64,000 bases of DNA, taken from IMG/VR virus record IMGVR_UViG_3300027792_000010. One strand, written 5' to 3'. This DNA comes from a virus. Under the pieces are notes generated by a model. It did no database searches. It was not told the DNA's origin and saw only the letters and a list, made by a program, of their open reading frames with translations. The position numbers and the translations under genes are program-made. Below are positions 47,255 through 56,566 of the stretch, in pieces. Positions within the stretch are counted from its first letter, which is position 1. Each line of letters begins with the position of its first letter.

Positions 47255-49303
47255 TTAAATTTTGTAAGAAGTATAACTGTTCTTCTCTGTTACCACTATG
47301 TGGTCTGTTTTTCCAGCTATCTTCAAGAACTTCTTCCTGCACCTCTCACAAGTGTTGAATCTCACAAAAATTGCGGGTTGATCATCACATCGGATGTTGT
47401 ACCCACTCCAGGCATCCTCTGAATTCAGAAGCTCAGGATCATGTTTTTTTGCAGTCCACCAAGGGTTTACTACCATCTTTAAAGGATCTACATCATTAAG
47501 TATAGAATTTCCATGATATAATGTCCTGTTCTGATTAAGATAGAGTAGCATCTGTTTAGGTATCTCTTTATCTGATACCCCAAAGAAAGCCATAAACTGC
47601 ATAGCATCTATAAATTGCAAATAGTATTTATTCTTAGACTTGAATGGGCACCATCCGCATGTGTCATAGTTTACAGCATAGTTAATTATACGTATATCAT
47701 TATATCTATTACTTAGACCATTAACTTTTCCTATTCTTGTACACTTAGTCCCGCTGGGAAATTTATCAGTAGCCCAAAATAAAATGTTTTCTTCACTGGA
47801 TGGACTTTCATCCTCGCAAAATCCTCCACCTTTTACACCATAGTTTCCCAGAGGGTAGGCAAGGTCTTCAAAAGCTTTTACTATGAATTTGTCTTTATCT
47901 GGTGCCCTATCTCTTACAATCTCTTCTATCCTTTTTATCACACTCGGAAAGTTCTTACCAAAATCCTCCCACAACTCTTTCTCTAAATTTTTCGATTCTT
48001 GTTTCCTCTTCTGATATACCAGATGACCTTGGGCCTGCTTTAGAGAGGAAAGACTTTCTACAGGGAAAACAGTAAGGTCAAGCTTCTCAATGGGTAGCTT
48101 TTGAACGAGAGTCGCTAAGTAGGCTCCAGACCCTTCTGTATAGCTATCATAAGAATCGATAAAGTTTGGACTCCAGGATAGGTCCAAACTGTGAACTGAA
48201 GGTATATGAGGTTTATACTCTGCAGGAAGATTATCATTCACATGTTCAGATAGCTGCGGCAGCAGAAAACCCAAAGATACTGCGGGGGATACTTCATCAA
48301 GTACCCCATCATCTCTGAACTGTCGTATACACTCATCAGCAAAATACTGACTCCATAGTTTTACTATATCTTTTTCATCATCGAACTTCGCTATTACTCT
48401 GAAAGGAAATTCTTTATCCTTAACAGCCACGTCTTTATCTTCTGACTCTTTATTGAAAAACTCTAATACAGTTTCCGCAGGAAGAAAAATGTTCTCAATG
48501 GACATCCACAACCACCTGGCTCTTCCTTCTTCTCCTTTTGAGGAATTACGATATATCTGTTCACGATAGCTGTGTTTACCAAAATCTATCAGGTATCCAT
48601 CTTCTTCTGTTCTAAAAAGAAGATACATGGATAGCTCTTCCATTTTTCCATAGGGGACATTCGCTACGAAATAAACTCCAGGCTTTGCTACATGTGCCAT
48701 CTGTATGATCTTGTCAGGGGAGTTTGTATAGATGATGCGGTTATCAAAGCTCAAAGTCTGCATACGGAAGGGTTTATTCTGTATCGGTATCTTTGAGACT
48801 ATGAAAGCATTTTCCCCAAAATGCTGTAGCTCATAACTCTTAGTATGAGACAGTATCTTAAGGACTTCTAATAAATCTTTATCATCTTCTATAAACTTTG
48901 TATCCTTAACACCTATACTTTCAAGCAATGACTTTGCATGTCCTTTGAGTACATCTCCTGCTTGATACAGTTTATAGAGTTGATCTACTGTTTCTTTCAA
49001 AGCATGGTCATCACTGCCTTTGTAGGTTCTGATGTCTATTTCATATTTAACAGTTTGTGAGAAATGAAGGAGAAAGAGGGATAGGAACAAATCCTCGAAG
49101 ACTTCAGTACAGAATCCCTTATTTAGAAACTCTGATAACTTTTTATAATCATACTCATAGGAACCAATATGAGTAGAAAAAGAGCCAGTAATTTTACTAT
49201 TTTCAATCTTCTTAAGTAGATCTTTGTAGGAGTTTTGAAAATCCTCTTGCACTATTCTTTTTGCTTCCTCAAGGTTCATAACTAATTTATTTATAACTTT
49301 CAT
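47255..49303 (-). CDS. hypothetical protein (682 aa)
   Basis: long ORF, no recognised motif. Confidence 0.75.
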   Translation of the reverse strand: MKVINKLVMNLEEAKRIVQEDFQNSYKDLLKKIENSKITGSFSTHIGSYEYDYKKLSEFLNKGFCTEVFEDLFLSLFLLHFSQTVKYEIDIRTYKGSDDHALKETVDQLYKLYQAGDVLKGHAKSLLESIGVKDTKFIEDDKDLLEVLKILSHTKSYELQHFGENAFIVSKIPIQNKPFRMQTLSFDNRIIYTNSPDKIIQMAHVAKPGVYFVANVPYGKMEELSMYLLFRTEEDGYLIDFGKHSYREQIYRNSSKGEEGRARWLWMSIENIFLPAETVLEFFNKESEDKDVAVKDKEFPFRVIAKFDDEKDIVKLWSQYFADECIRQFRDDGVLDEVSPAVSLGFLLPQLSEHVNDNLPAEYKPHIPSVHSLDLSWSPNFIDSYDSYTEGSGAYLATLVQKLPIEKLDLTVFPVESLSSLKQAQGHLVYQKRKQESKNLEKELWEDFGKNFPSVIKRIEEIVRDRAPDKDKFIVKAFEDLAYPLGNYGVKGGGFCEDESPSSEENILFWATDKFPSGTKCTRIGKVNGLSNRYNDIRIINYAVNYDTCGWCPFKSKNKYYLQFIDAMQFMAFFGVSDKEIPKQMLLYLNQNRTLYHGNSILNDVDPLKMVVNPWWTAKKHDPELLNSEDAWSGYNIRCDDQPAIFVRFNTCERCRKKFLKIAGKTDHIVVTEKNSYTSYKI

Positions 49304-49472
49304 TGTATCTCTTTAATCTCCTAAAATATAAGTATAATTATCCAAGACCTCATTTACTTCTTCTATGCTCATGCATACATAGTGAGATATCTCAGCTACT
49401 GAAGCACTCTGTAAGTACATAGTAAGTATTTCCTCTATACGCTCTCTGGTATAGAAAGTGCCATAATATATC

Positions 49473-49661
49473 TCACTCATTGTTGCTCACAACTATTCTG
49501 TTTGGTCCATCGAAACACGACCGTTGTAGTAGCACGTTAATATGCGAGTGCTTAAATCCGCGCTCTTGTTCGATAGCTCGTTTTAGCTCATCCAAGTCTA
49601 ATACAACGCGATCTTGGTTGGCATCAACAGAAAGCTTAATAGAAATTGTTTTGTCACTCAT
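49473..49661 (-). CDS. hypothetical protein
   Basis: short ORF with overlapping start. Confidence 0.45.
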   Translation of the reverse strand: MSDKTISIKLSVDANQDRVVLDLDELKRAIEQERGFKHSHINVLLQRSCFDGPNRIVVSNNE

Positions 49662-50631
49662 CTTTTTCCATCATGCTGTAAAAGTTATAAATGCCCTCCG
49701 CTGTCGGATATTCGTCTTCTTCCAGTTCGCGATCTTCACTCACTTCTTTTATAACCTCTTCAGTTTTCTTTAATATACCTTTTGCTAGTATAGCGTGTAA
49801 ATCATATTCTCCAAACTGGGAACCTTTACCGCATTGAGGAGCGTACATTACCCGCATAAGGCGAAGTGCCGTGTTAAAAGCGAAAAGGTCTATTACATCT
49901 TTGATAAGCACCACATTACTCATATCTTTCAGTACTGCTTCAAGATACAATATCCCGTCTAAGAACTGATTATTTCTCACTCCTGCTTCTCCGTTAAAGA
50001 AGCTGAATACCTCGTTGTCTTTGGATTCTATCTCTATACTTCTCATTGTCCTTTTTCTGATTATTTCTTCTTCTGTTGAATCAGACCTATCTATTTTATA
50101 GATCACTTCTAATATATCCTTATTTTTCTTAGCCTTTTTAAGGCACTCCTCAATTTCATTTTTAAAAGTGTTATTGTTAGGGATCAGCTTTCTTTTCAGT
50201 ATCCTGTCAGTAATCGCATCATAAAATTCCTCGTGCATAGCCATAAATCCTATGGCTCTTTTACCACCATAAAAAAGCCTTTCGCGCTCTATTAGTTCCT
50301 GCAGACTATATATATCTTTTATCTCAGTGGGACCATCGCTGTCCTTCCAATCTTCTATAGTAAGCTTTTTATCTTCTAATAGCTTTTGAAAGCACTTAAC
50401 AGTCAGGGCCATACTTGAAGTATCATCAACTTTTTCCAGGGTGCCATAGTCATTATAGGTTCCTCGAATGGGAAGCCCTGAGACCTGGAACATATCACTA
50501 GGGTAGTAATAACATATTGGAATTTTGTAATTGCCATAGTGAGCTACTTCTGCAATAGGTAAGTATACGGCTCTATCACCATAAGTAATTGGTAGATGAG
50601 TAAGAGCACAAGTTTCATTCCAGCACCCCAT
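49654..50631 (-). CDS. phage hypothetical protein
   Basis: MGCWNETC..T.LPI..GD start; GAGGA RBS. Confidence 0.7.
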   Translation of the reverse strand: MGCWNETCALTHLPITYGDRAVYLPIAEVAHYGNYKIPICYYYPSDMFQVSGLPIRGTYNDYGTLEKVDDTSSMALTVKCFQKLLEDKKLTIEDWKDSDGPTEIKDIYSLQELIERERLFYGGKRAIGFMAMHEEFYDAITDRILKRKLIPNNNTFKNEIEECLKKAKKNKDILEVIYKIDRSDSTEEEIIRKRTMRSIEIESKDNEVFSFFNGEAGVRNNQFLDGILYLEAVLKDMSNVVLIKDVIDLFAFNTALRLMRVMYAPQCGKGSQFGEYDLHAILAKGILKKTEEVIKEVSEDRELEEDEYPTAEGIYNFYSMMEKDE

Positions 50632-50641
50632 ACGATCCTCC

Positions 50642-51400
50642 TTAAATAGATTTCATTCTTTTGAAACTAAAAGTATCCAATAATTCTTGCCACTTATTTT
50701 TGTACTTTAAACTATATCCTTCATAGAATTTGAAAGGTACACTTTTGTCAGGATCAATTGGTATACCAGAAGCTGCATCTATCCTATATGAATCTTTTGG
50801 TATGTGAGTGTTAAAACCAATGGGACTTCCATGAATGGTATATTTCTGATTGTATTTATACAAAGGGACTATCTCTGCATTAATATCAGGAGTCTGACTT
50901 TGTAAGTGTTGCTCTAATGGGGTATCTCTTAAATCCCCAAAAGGAGCAGGATATAAAATATCTTTTCTATAATAGGCTGTATCTGCAAATCCTTGATCTA
51001 TCTCCGATATGAAGTATTCAAATGGAGATATTAATGTTATATTGCTATGGACACAATTAGCTTTAATAGCATAGTATTGTAAAAAGGGTTTAGTATATAA
51101 CCAGTAACTATATCCTTCAGCCCAAAGAAGATGTTTTCTACTATTTGTGTACCAACATAACTTCTTTATCAAAGAAAGAATTTTATCAGTATATTTATAG
51201 TAATTATTACTATAATCGATAAGAACATAGTGTCGAATAACTAGATTACCTGGGACTAACCTACTGGCTAACTTAACCCAAAGATTATCTTTTAATCTTC
51301 TAATCTCAGATTTTTCGAAAGGTTTCCCTTTCAAAACTTTATTTTCAAATAATTCCTGCTGAAAGCCCGCAAGAGAGTCTCCAGTTTCGAAGTTAATCAT
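50642..51400 (-). CDS. hypothetical protein (weak heparinase/alginate-lyase-like EGYSYW, PFGD)
   Basis: ORF; motif resemblance weak. Confidence 0.55.
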   Translation of the reverse strand: MINFETGDSLAGFQQELFENKVLKGKPFEKSEIRRLKDNLWVKLASRLVPGNLVIRHYVLIDYSNNYYKYTDKILSLIKKLCWYTNSRKHLLWAEGYSYWLYTKPFLQYYAIKANCVHSNITLISPFEYFISEIDQGFADTAYYRKDILYPAPFGDLRDTPLEQHLQSQTPDINAEIVPLYKYNQKYTIHGSPIGFNTHIPKDSYRIDAASGIPIDPDKSVPFKFYEGYSLKYKNKWQELLDTFSFKRMKSI

Positions 51401-51410
51401 CTTTTTTCCC

Positions 51411-51767
51411 CTACACTTTCCAGCTAAATATTTTTTCGGGCTCTCCTAAGAACTCTGTCTCATATTCCCATTCAGAACCTTCATAACTATGACTCAACCA
51501 ACTTCTGCAGTATATTTTACACTTATAGATCCCATGCTCAAATTTGAAGTCGTCATATTCAAAAAAGTATATCAACTCATCCTTCCAAAAAGACATATCT
51601 ACTTGGTCTTTATTTAAGATATCAAGTAGAAAGCACTCACATTCTCCGTTGCACCCGAACACAACAAAAGGGTCTTCATAACTGGGATGATTTTCTTCTT
51701 TAGCATTATCCATAGCTAATATCCCATCTAAATTTAATATGTCACTCATTTTTGATAATCCTCCCAT
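51411..51767 (-). CDS. hypothetical acidic protein
   Basis: ORF. Confidence 0.55.
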   Translation of the reverse strand: MGGLSKMSDILNLDGILAMDNAKEENHPSYEDPFVVFGCNGECECFLLDILNKDQVDMSFWKDELIYFFEYDDFKFEHGIYKCKIYCRSWLSHSYEGSEWEYETEFLGEPEKIFSWKV

Positions 51768-52573
51768 TCTTTAATGGCTAACCTATTAGCTGTTTCTACT
51801 ATAGGTACCAAATCAAGTGCATAGAGCCCACCACAGCTAAAACTATTAATCTCCATGAGGTAGTAGCTACCCCTGCTGAGGCATATATCAACTATGTACA
51901 TAGGATCAGGTTTGTACTCTTCCGCAGCTATTACATCAGCAAGCTCTTTAGCTTTAGGATCATAGCCTTCTTGAAAAGATAGTTTTCCATCCCTTTCATA
52001 CTGACACCCAGTTATTACTTTACCTTCAGCGCAGACGAATCTCCATTCCCCATCGATAATCTTAGGAGTAGAGATAATAACCATACTGTCGGGATCAGAG
52101 AACTCTTCTACCCAACGCCACAAGGAAGGCACATTATATTTGCTATATACTCCAGCTGTCCATGGTTTTAGTCCTGAACTCGGTCTAAAGAAAAGCTCTT
52201 CACGAACGAAACATTTGTCATAAAGCCAATCAAGTCTTCTTAGAACATCGGCTCTTGGGAGCATGACATACTCCCAGTTGAAGAGATATTTCCCGAAGTG
52301 AGCATAGTATCTGGTACATTCATAGTTTTTTGCTGTGAGCCAGGGTCCAGGAATCCATTGTTTTTCACGCTGAAGCTGCTGTGCAAGATTGATTGATCCT
52401 TGGAAGAGAACGCAATCGTTTCCCCCGAATATATCATAGGAGCCAGCCTGGAATGGAGTGTAGGTGATAACTTCAACATCACATCCTTGCCGTCTACATT
52501 CATCGGCAAGAGGACCGAATTTGTTGTCCGGTTCGAAATCTTCGATGACCCATTTTGGTCGTATACTAGACAT
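51746..52573 (-). CDS. ATP-grasp (DUF4343/R2K-like) protein
   Basis: FFRP..G.K.W.AG, EWRF, YIVDI, MEINSFSCGGLY. Confidence 0.8.
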   Translation of the reverse strand: MSSIRPKWVIEDFEPDNKFGPLADECRRQGCDVEVITYTPFQAGSYDIFGGNDCVLFQGSINLAQQLQREKQWIPGPWLTAKNYECTRYYAHFGKYLFNWEYVMLPRADVLRRLDWLYDKCFVREELFFRPSSGLKPWTAGVYSKYNVPSLWRWVEEFSDPDSMVIISTPKIIDGEWRFVCAEGKVITGCQYERDGKLSFQEGYDPKAKELADVIAAEEYKPDPMYIVDICLSRGSYYLMEINSFSCGGLYALDLVPIVETANRLAIKEWEDYQK

Positions 52574-52705
52574 CCTATGCTCCTACAGTTAAATGATTTT
52601 CTTAGATAATGAGTTTGATATACAGGTTGTACACCACTTGATAAAAAACGGATAATAGGTTTTTCCCAGGGGTCATCTGCTAACCACAGATTACTTCTCG
52701 GAGTT

Positions 52706-52918
52706 TCAAAAAAGTCTTTTATCATTACTTTGTTCATGTAATTTTTTATCCTCTAAAGATTTTAAATACTCCAGATATAGAAAGGATTTCCCAATGATCG
52801 GTGATCCATAAATAGCGTTAAAAGGTGGTACATACCAAGGATCATCTGAACGCCAGGAACGAGCACTCTCTCGATCCATTATAACTAATTGCCTACCTTC
52901 AGTATCTACATAGACCAT
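52706..52918 (-). CDS. WxxDDPW-family small protein
   Basis: WRSDDPW; AGGAG RBS. Confidence 0.65.
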   Translation of the reverse strand: MVYVDTEGRQLVIMDRESARSWRSDDPWYVPPFNAIYGSPIIGKSFLYLEYLKSLEDKKLHEQSNDKRLF

Positions 52919-53001
52919 TCGTAATCTCCTATATGATGGATATTTTCGTAGTGTTCCATTAATTCTTCTATTGTTTTTTTATATCATAGGAATCTATTAT
53001 C

Positions 53002-53061
53002 CTATTCAAAATCTTTCCTATCCCCCCAAGGATCATCGCTGTCCCAGGTTTCTTGAAGCAT
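53002..53061 (-). CDS. 19-aa WxxDDPW micropeptide MLQETWDSDDPWGDRKDFE
   Basis: AGGAGG and GGAG upstream of ATG; below ORF-track cut-off. Confidence 0.6.
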   Translation of the reverse strand: MLQETWDSDDPWGDRKDFE

Positions 53062-53329
53062 CTCTCCAGCCTCCTAAAGCCTCTACTAACTTTTTGGCTT
53101 CTTGATTTGATACTGACATCTCAAAAGTACTTGTATGCCCCCCATGAAAGTATCTAAAATCTACCAAGAACCAAGGATCGTCAGAGTACCACGGGGTCGA
53201 TAAATTGACAGTCATCGGAAAGGTGCTGAACCCATGATACTTCGAAAAATGAGGGACCTGTGCCACACCTGTGCCACAATCTACTCTTATAATCAACCAG
53301 GGGTCATCTGCTAACCACACTTGATCCAT
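53033..53329 (-). CDS. WxxDDPW-family protein with two motifs
   Basis: WLADDPW and WYSDDPW. Confidence 0.7.
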   Translation of the reverse strand: MDQVWLADDPWLIIRVDCGTGVAQVPHFSKYHGFSTFPMTVNLSTPWYSDDPWFLVDFRYFHGGHTSTFEMSVSNQEAKKLVEALGGWRDASRNLGQR

Positions 53330-53507
53330 ACTTACTCTCTAATATTAAGGGATCTTTCCTTAACTCCTCCATAGTAACATTTATTTCTTCCATCGAAGGC
53401 ATAGGAGGAACAATAATTGGCTTAAACCATCCCCAAGGATCATCAGAAAACCAAATATCGTGATTATAAACACATAAGGTTGGTTTAGATAACTTAATAG
53501 AACTCAT
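53304..53507 (-). CDS. WxxDDPW-family small protein
   Basis: WFSDDPW. Confidence 0.65.
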   Translation of the reverse strand: MSSIKLSKPTLCVYNHDIWFSDDPWGWFKPIIVPPMPSMEEINVTMEELRKDPLILESKYGSSVVSR

Positions 53508-53558
53508 AAAACTAATATACTATTTGGAAAACTCAAATTAAATAAGTTTCCAAAAGTC

Positions 53559-53852
53559 TTAGTTAGGGATACGAAATTTAGGAGGGCAATCTTGCTGGGA
53601 GGCACATAACTTTTTTTCAAACTCTTCTGCTTCTTTATCCCAATCTCTACCATCATATTGATGAAGTTTATCATAGGCACATGAAGCACAATAATATTCG
53701 AACTCATCCTCTCCTGTTGGAGAAGCCCATATCGGCTCCCCAATTACTGCTTCCTTGCACATACAATCGTAAGGATCTTCTACCTTGAAATTACACCTTA
53801 GAAAGTGCTCATCTAATTCTTCTTCCCTCGTGGTCATAATCCTTTCCTCCAC
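53559..53852 (-). CDS. hypothetical protein
   Basis: ORF; Cys pairs. Confidence 0.5.
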   Translation of the reverse strand: MEERIMTTREEELDEHFLRCNFKVEDPYDCMCKEAVIGEPIWASPTGEDEFEYYCASCAYDKLHQYDGRDWDKEAEEFEKKLCASQQDCPPKFRIPN

Positions 53853-53860
53853 ATCTTTGC

Positions 53861-54073
53861 TCAGCCTCCTGAAGTCTCAAAGTACATAGCTAACATAGCT
53901 TCTTCAGTTATCCAAGGATCGTCAGAAATCCAGATAACTTTAGTACTACCTAATAGATCTATAACTTTTGCTACCGCAGGATCTACTGAGCTATACATTT
54001 TTCTATAGTACCTTCTCTTCTTTAGCTCCTCTGATATCAAAGAATCGTCAGAATCCTGTAGTTTCATTAGCAA
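53861..54073 (-). CDS. WxxDDPW-family small protein
   Basis: WISDDPW. Confidence 0.6.
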   Translation of the reverse strand: MLMKLQDSDDSLISEELKKRRYYRKMYSSVDPAVAKVIDLLGSTKVIWISDDPWITEEAMLAMYFETSGG

Positions 54074-54389
54074 AAGCCTTTATATCATTATATGTTTCTT
54101 CATCTAAATATATAGTATTAGGTACTAAAGGAAAATTAGTAATACGATCAAAAGCTTCCATAATGTCGTTTATAACCCAAGGGTCATCTGAGTACCATAT
54201 CTTACCACATAGCGTATCTACTTTTATCAAATCACGATCTTTTAATAGGTCGTGATAAGAACCGTCATTAGACTTTGCTGTATCTAAGTTCCAATCAGCA
54301 TTTACGCCATATACAGAATAATCGCTAGGGCAGTTTCGCTTTGCTTCCTCATAGTTGTCCCACACTGTCCCTCCAGCATAATCTTTCAT
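54048..54389 (-). CDS. WxxDDPW-family protein
   Basis: WYSDDPW. Confidence 0.65.
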   Translation of the reverse strand: MKDYAGGTVWDNYEEAKRNCPSDYSVYGVNADWNLDTAKSNDGSYHDLLKDRDLIKVDTLCGKIWYSDDPWVINDIMEAFDRITNFPLVPNTIYLDEETYNDIKAFANETTGF

Positions 54390-54516
54390 GCGTCATGCGC
54401 CCCTTTTTCTTTGGTGTGCCTTGCTCTTTAAAGTAGGTTTCATAGTTTGTAGTGTGACCGATAGTGTAAATCATAGCAATAATATACTAATTAGGAAGGA
54501 AGTTTTAAATATAAAA

Positions 54517-54605
54517 CGGAAGGTACAGGATTTGAACCTGTGAAGGTATTTAAACTCCCTGACGGTTTAGCAAACCGTTGCAATAGGCCGCTCTGCCAAC
54601 CTTCC
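54517..54605 (-). tRNA. tRNA-Ser(GCU)
   Basis: ACGGT-TTGCTAA-ACCGT, long V arm, G73. Confidence 0.94.
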
Positions 54606-54645
54606 ATTATTTTTTCTTTATGTTTCTTTTGTCCATAATCGAAAA

Positions 54646-54722
54646 TGGTGGGAGTATCACGAATTGAACGTGAGACCTTTCGGTTATCAGCCGAACGCTC
54701 TAACCATCTGAGCTATACTCCC
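54646..54722 (-). tRNA. tRNA-Ile(GAU)
   Basis: TTCGG-CTGATAA-CCGAA, CCA. Confidence 0.95.
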
Positions 54723-54737
54723 TATAAGCTATTAGGT

Positions 54738-54813
54738 TGGTAGCGGAATGTTGGAGTTGAACCAACTTAACCAAGTTTATGAGACTCGGTGAGATGCCGA
54801 CCTCCCACCCGCG
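54738..54813 (-). tRNA. tRNA-Met(CAU), initiator-like
   Basis: CGCGGG start with C1 mismatch, loop CTCATAA, CCA; lacks the three G-C anticodon pairs. Confidence 0.8.
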
Positions 54814-54825
54814 ATGTATTTAAAA

Positions 54826-54896
54826 TAGTGAGAATCAGAATCGAACTGATCTAAACAGGATATGAGCCTGTTGAGGGGCCACTCCTCAATCTCACT
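54826..54896 (-). tRNA. tRNA-Met(CAU) (elongator Met or Ile2)
   Basis: ACAGG-CTCATAT-CCTGT. Confidence 0.85.
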
Positions 54897-54905
54897 GTAT
54901 GTTTA

Positions 54906-54981
54906 TGGCGGGGACGACGGGTTACGATCCCGCTCTCTTTGGCTTGACAAGCCAATGCTTTCCCGATTAAGCTACGTCCCC
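54906..54981 (-). tRNA. tRNA-Asp(GUC)
   Basis: TTGGC-TTGTCAA-GCCAA, G73, CCA; T loop ATCGTAA. Confidence 0.92.
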
Positions 54982-54991
54982 TAATATTTAA

Positions 54992-55474
54992 TTAATCCTC
55001 ACCTTCATAATCTATGATAGGTACTATTCTTACGTTCCTATCCTTATTGCCCCTAAGTATACGCTCAGCCTCTTTGTAACTATCGAATACTGTACTATCT
55101 ACAGTTCCTATTAAGGGGTCCAAAAATACATACCCTACTTTAAGACCTTGTTTCTTTAGATTCTCCAAAGCTGTATCTAAGTATTCTATCTTCTGCTTCT
55201 GTAATACAAATCCTATATTCAAATCAAAGACACGAACTAATTCATCATACTCTTTGTCTGGTAGGAATCCCTTCAAAAGGCATAAAGAACCTACGCAGCT
55301 TTCTAAGTATTTTCCGATTTTCAGAGAATGAAGTACATAGTAATAGCCATCCTCGTCTTCATCGAATCCTACTAATCTCACAACTTCGTGGAAGTCTATA
55401 AGTAGTTCTCCTTTATGTTTCTCTATAAACTCTAAAATCTCTGGCTTAGGATCTTTAAACTCTGATATGTCCAC
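54992..55474 (-). CDS. hypothetical protein inside tRNA array 2
   Basis: AGGAG RBS, GTG start. Confidence 0.65.
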   Translation of the reverse strand: MDISEFKDPKPEILEFIEKHKGELLIDFHEVVRLVGFDEDEDGYYYVLHSLKIGKYLESCVGSLCLLKGFLPDKEYDELVRVFDLNIGFVLQKQKIEYLDTALENLKKQGLKVGYVFLDPLIGTVDSTVFDSYKEAERILRGNKDRNVRIVPIIDYEGED

Positions 55475-55495
55475 TATATACTCCTAAGAAAAATA

Positions 55496-55571
55496 TGGTG
55501 CCGCCTTTCGGAGTTGAACCGAATTCTTTAGCTCTTCAGGCTAACGCAATCACCGGACTTGCTCAAGCGGC
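55496..55571 (-). tRNA. tRNA-Phe(GAA)
   Basis: TTAGC-CTGAAGA-GCTAA, CCA. Confidence 0.94.
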
Positions 55572-55621
55572 ATATAATTTGCCTTTGTAATTCTCTTACA
55601 TCAGATAGGCTATATTAAAAT

Positions 55622-55657
55622 AAAAAAGCCCCCGAACTTCTCAGTCCGGGGGCTTTT
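55622..55657 (-). terminator. intrinsic terminator of attenuator 2
   Basis: GCCCCCGGAC-TGAGAA-GTTCGGGGGC-TTTTTT; 5' arm can instead pair with GGTCCGGG (55674-55681). Confidence 0.88.
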
Positions 55658-55680
55658 ATAAGCTACTTGTTTACCCGGAC

Positions 55681-55758
55681 CTATACAATACTATCAAACA
55701 TACTATCAAAACTGATAGTATCGCTGTTGATGATAATGCTGAAAGTAGAGGTACACAT
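55681..55758 (-). CDS. 25-aa leader peptide of tRNA array 2 (MCTSTFSIIINSDTISFDSMFDSIV)
   Basis: 17 of codons 6-24 are cognate to the downstream Phe/Asp/Met/Ile/Ser(GCU) tRNAs. Confidence 0.85.
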   Translation of the reverse strand: MCTSTFSIIINSDTISFDSMFDSIV

Positions 55759-55798
55759 TGAAAATAGTTTTCCTTGAAAAAGTTTTTGTTCTGTCTTT

Positions 55799-55827
55799 AA
55801 TATACCACTTTGTAATACAAAGATCAA
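55799..55827 (-). promoter_or_regulatory. sigma70-type promoter TTGATC-N17-TATATT for leader 2
   Basis: near-copy of the leader-1 promoter. Confidence 0.8.
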
Positions 55828-55834
55828 ATAAATT

Positions 55835-56110
55835 TTAAGAATACATCAAAGTATCTGAAAGAGACTTAGGCATAGACATACTCCTCAGGTACCCACCACC
55901 ACCTGTCCCCTGGTGCTGAGTAGGCTTAATCGGGGCGTGAGTGCTATCACCCTGCACAACTGGATTGTAGTTCTGAGAGTTGTCTACAACGTTACCGCTA
56001 GTATTACCCATCTTTTGATCTCTTGGACTAGTTGTCCCCCGTCCTGTATTATTCTGCGTAAAACTTGCCATACCAGCAAAGACTACATCTACTGATTTAT
56101 CTGCTGCCAT
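55835..56110 (-). CDS. small low-complexity protein, putative late gene
   Basis: AAGGAG RBS; ATAATCTTTTAATA motif upstream. Confidence 0.6.
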   Translation of the reverse strand: MAADKSVDVVFAGMASFTQNNTGRGTTSPRDQKMGNTSGNVVDNSQNYNPVVQGDSTHAPIKPTQHQGTGGGGYLRSMSMPKSLSDTLMYS

Positions 56111-56279
56111 AATTATACTCCTTTACTAAACAAAAATTCAATACAATCACTTATATAATATATATTAAAAGATTATATGATTCAATTTATTTTGCTATAT
56201 CTAAAACTTTATTAACATCCTCATATGGAGTATCTTGACCTTATATTTCATCAGAGAACAAATTATTAGATAGGTCTTA

Positions 56280-56474
56280 TTAAACTAAAGGTTGAGGCTT
56301 GTTAATAGGCTCAATTAAAACGTAGGTACTATCCTCTTCAGTATTGTACCAAAAAATGAGTTTGCCATGATGCTCCGTAAAACAATCTAAAAGAGATGCC
56401 TTATTTCCACAAGGTTTTATCTTCTGATGCTTTTTTAAAGCCCTTTCAATTAACTCTTGTTTCAATTTATCCAT
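56280..56474 (-). CDS. small phage protein
   Basis: I.PCG.K..L.DCFT......FWYNT..DST. Confidence 0.55.
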   Translation of the reverse strand: MDKLKQELIERALKKHQKIKPCGNKASLLDCFTEHHGKLIFWYNTEEDSTYVLIEPINKPQPLV

Positions 56475-56566
56475 CTTGGTATCCTTACATAGTATACTTA
56501 AAAATTATCTGTATAAGTAGATAATTATAGTATTAGTCTAATTCTACCATTATCATCTCTAATATC

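Noticed and set aside
52240-52737. Full 165-aa length of the first WLADDPW ORF as a real protein
   Set aside because: About 330 nt overlap the ATP-grasp gene in another frame; only the N-terminal part is credible.
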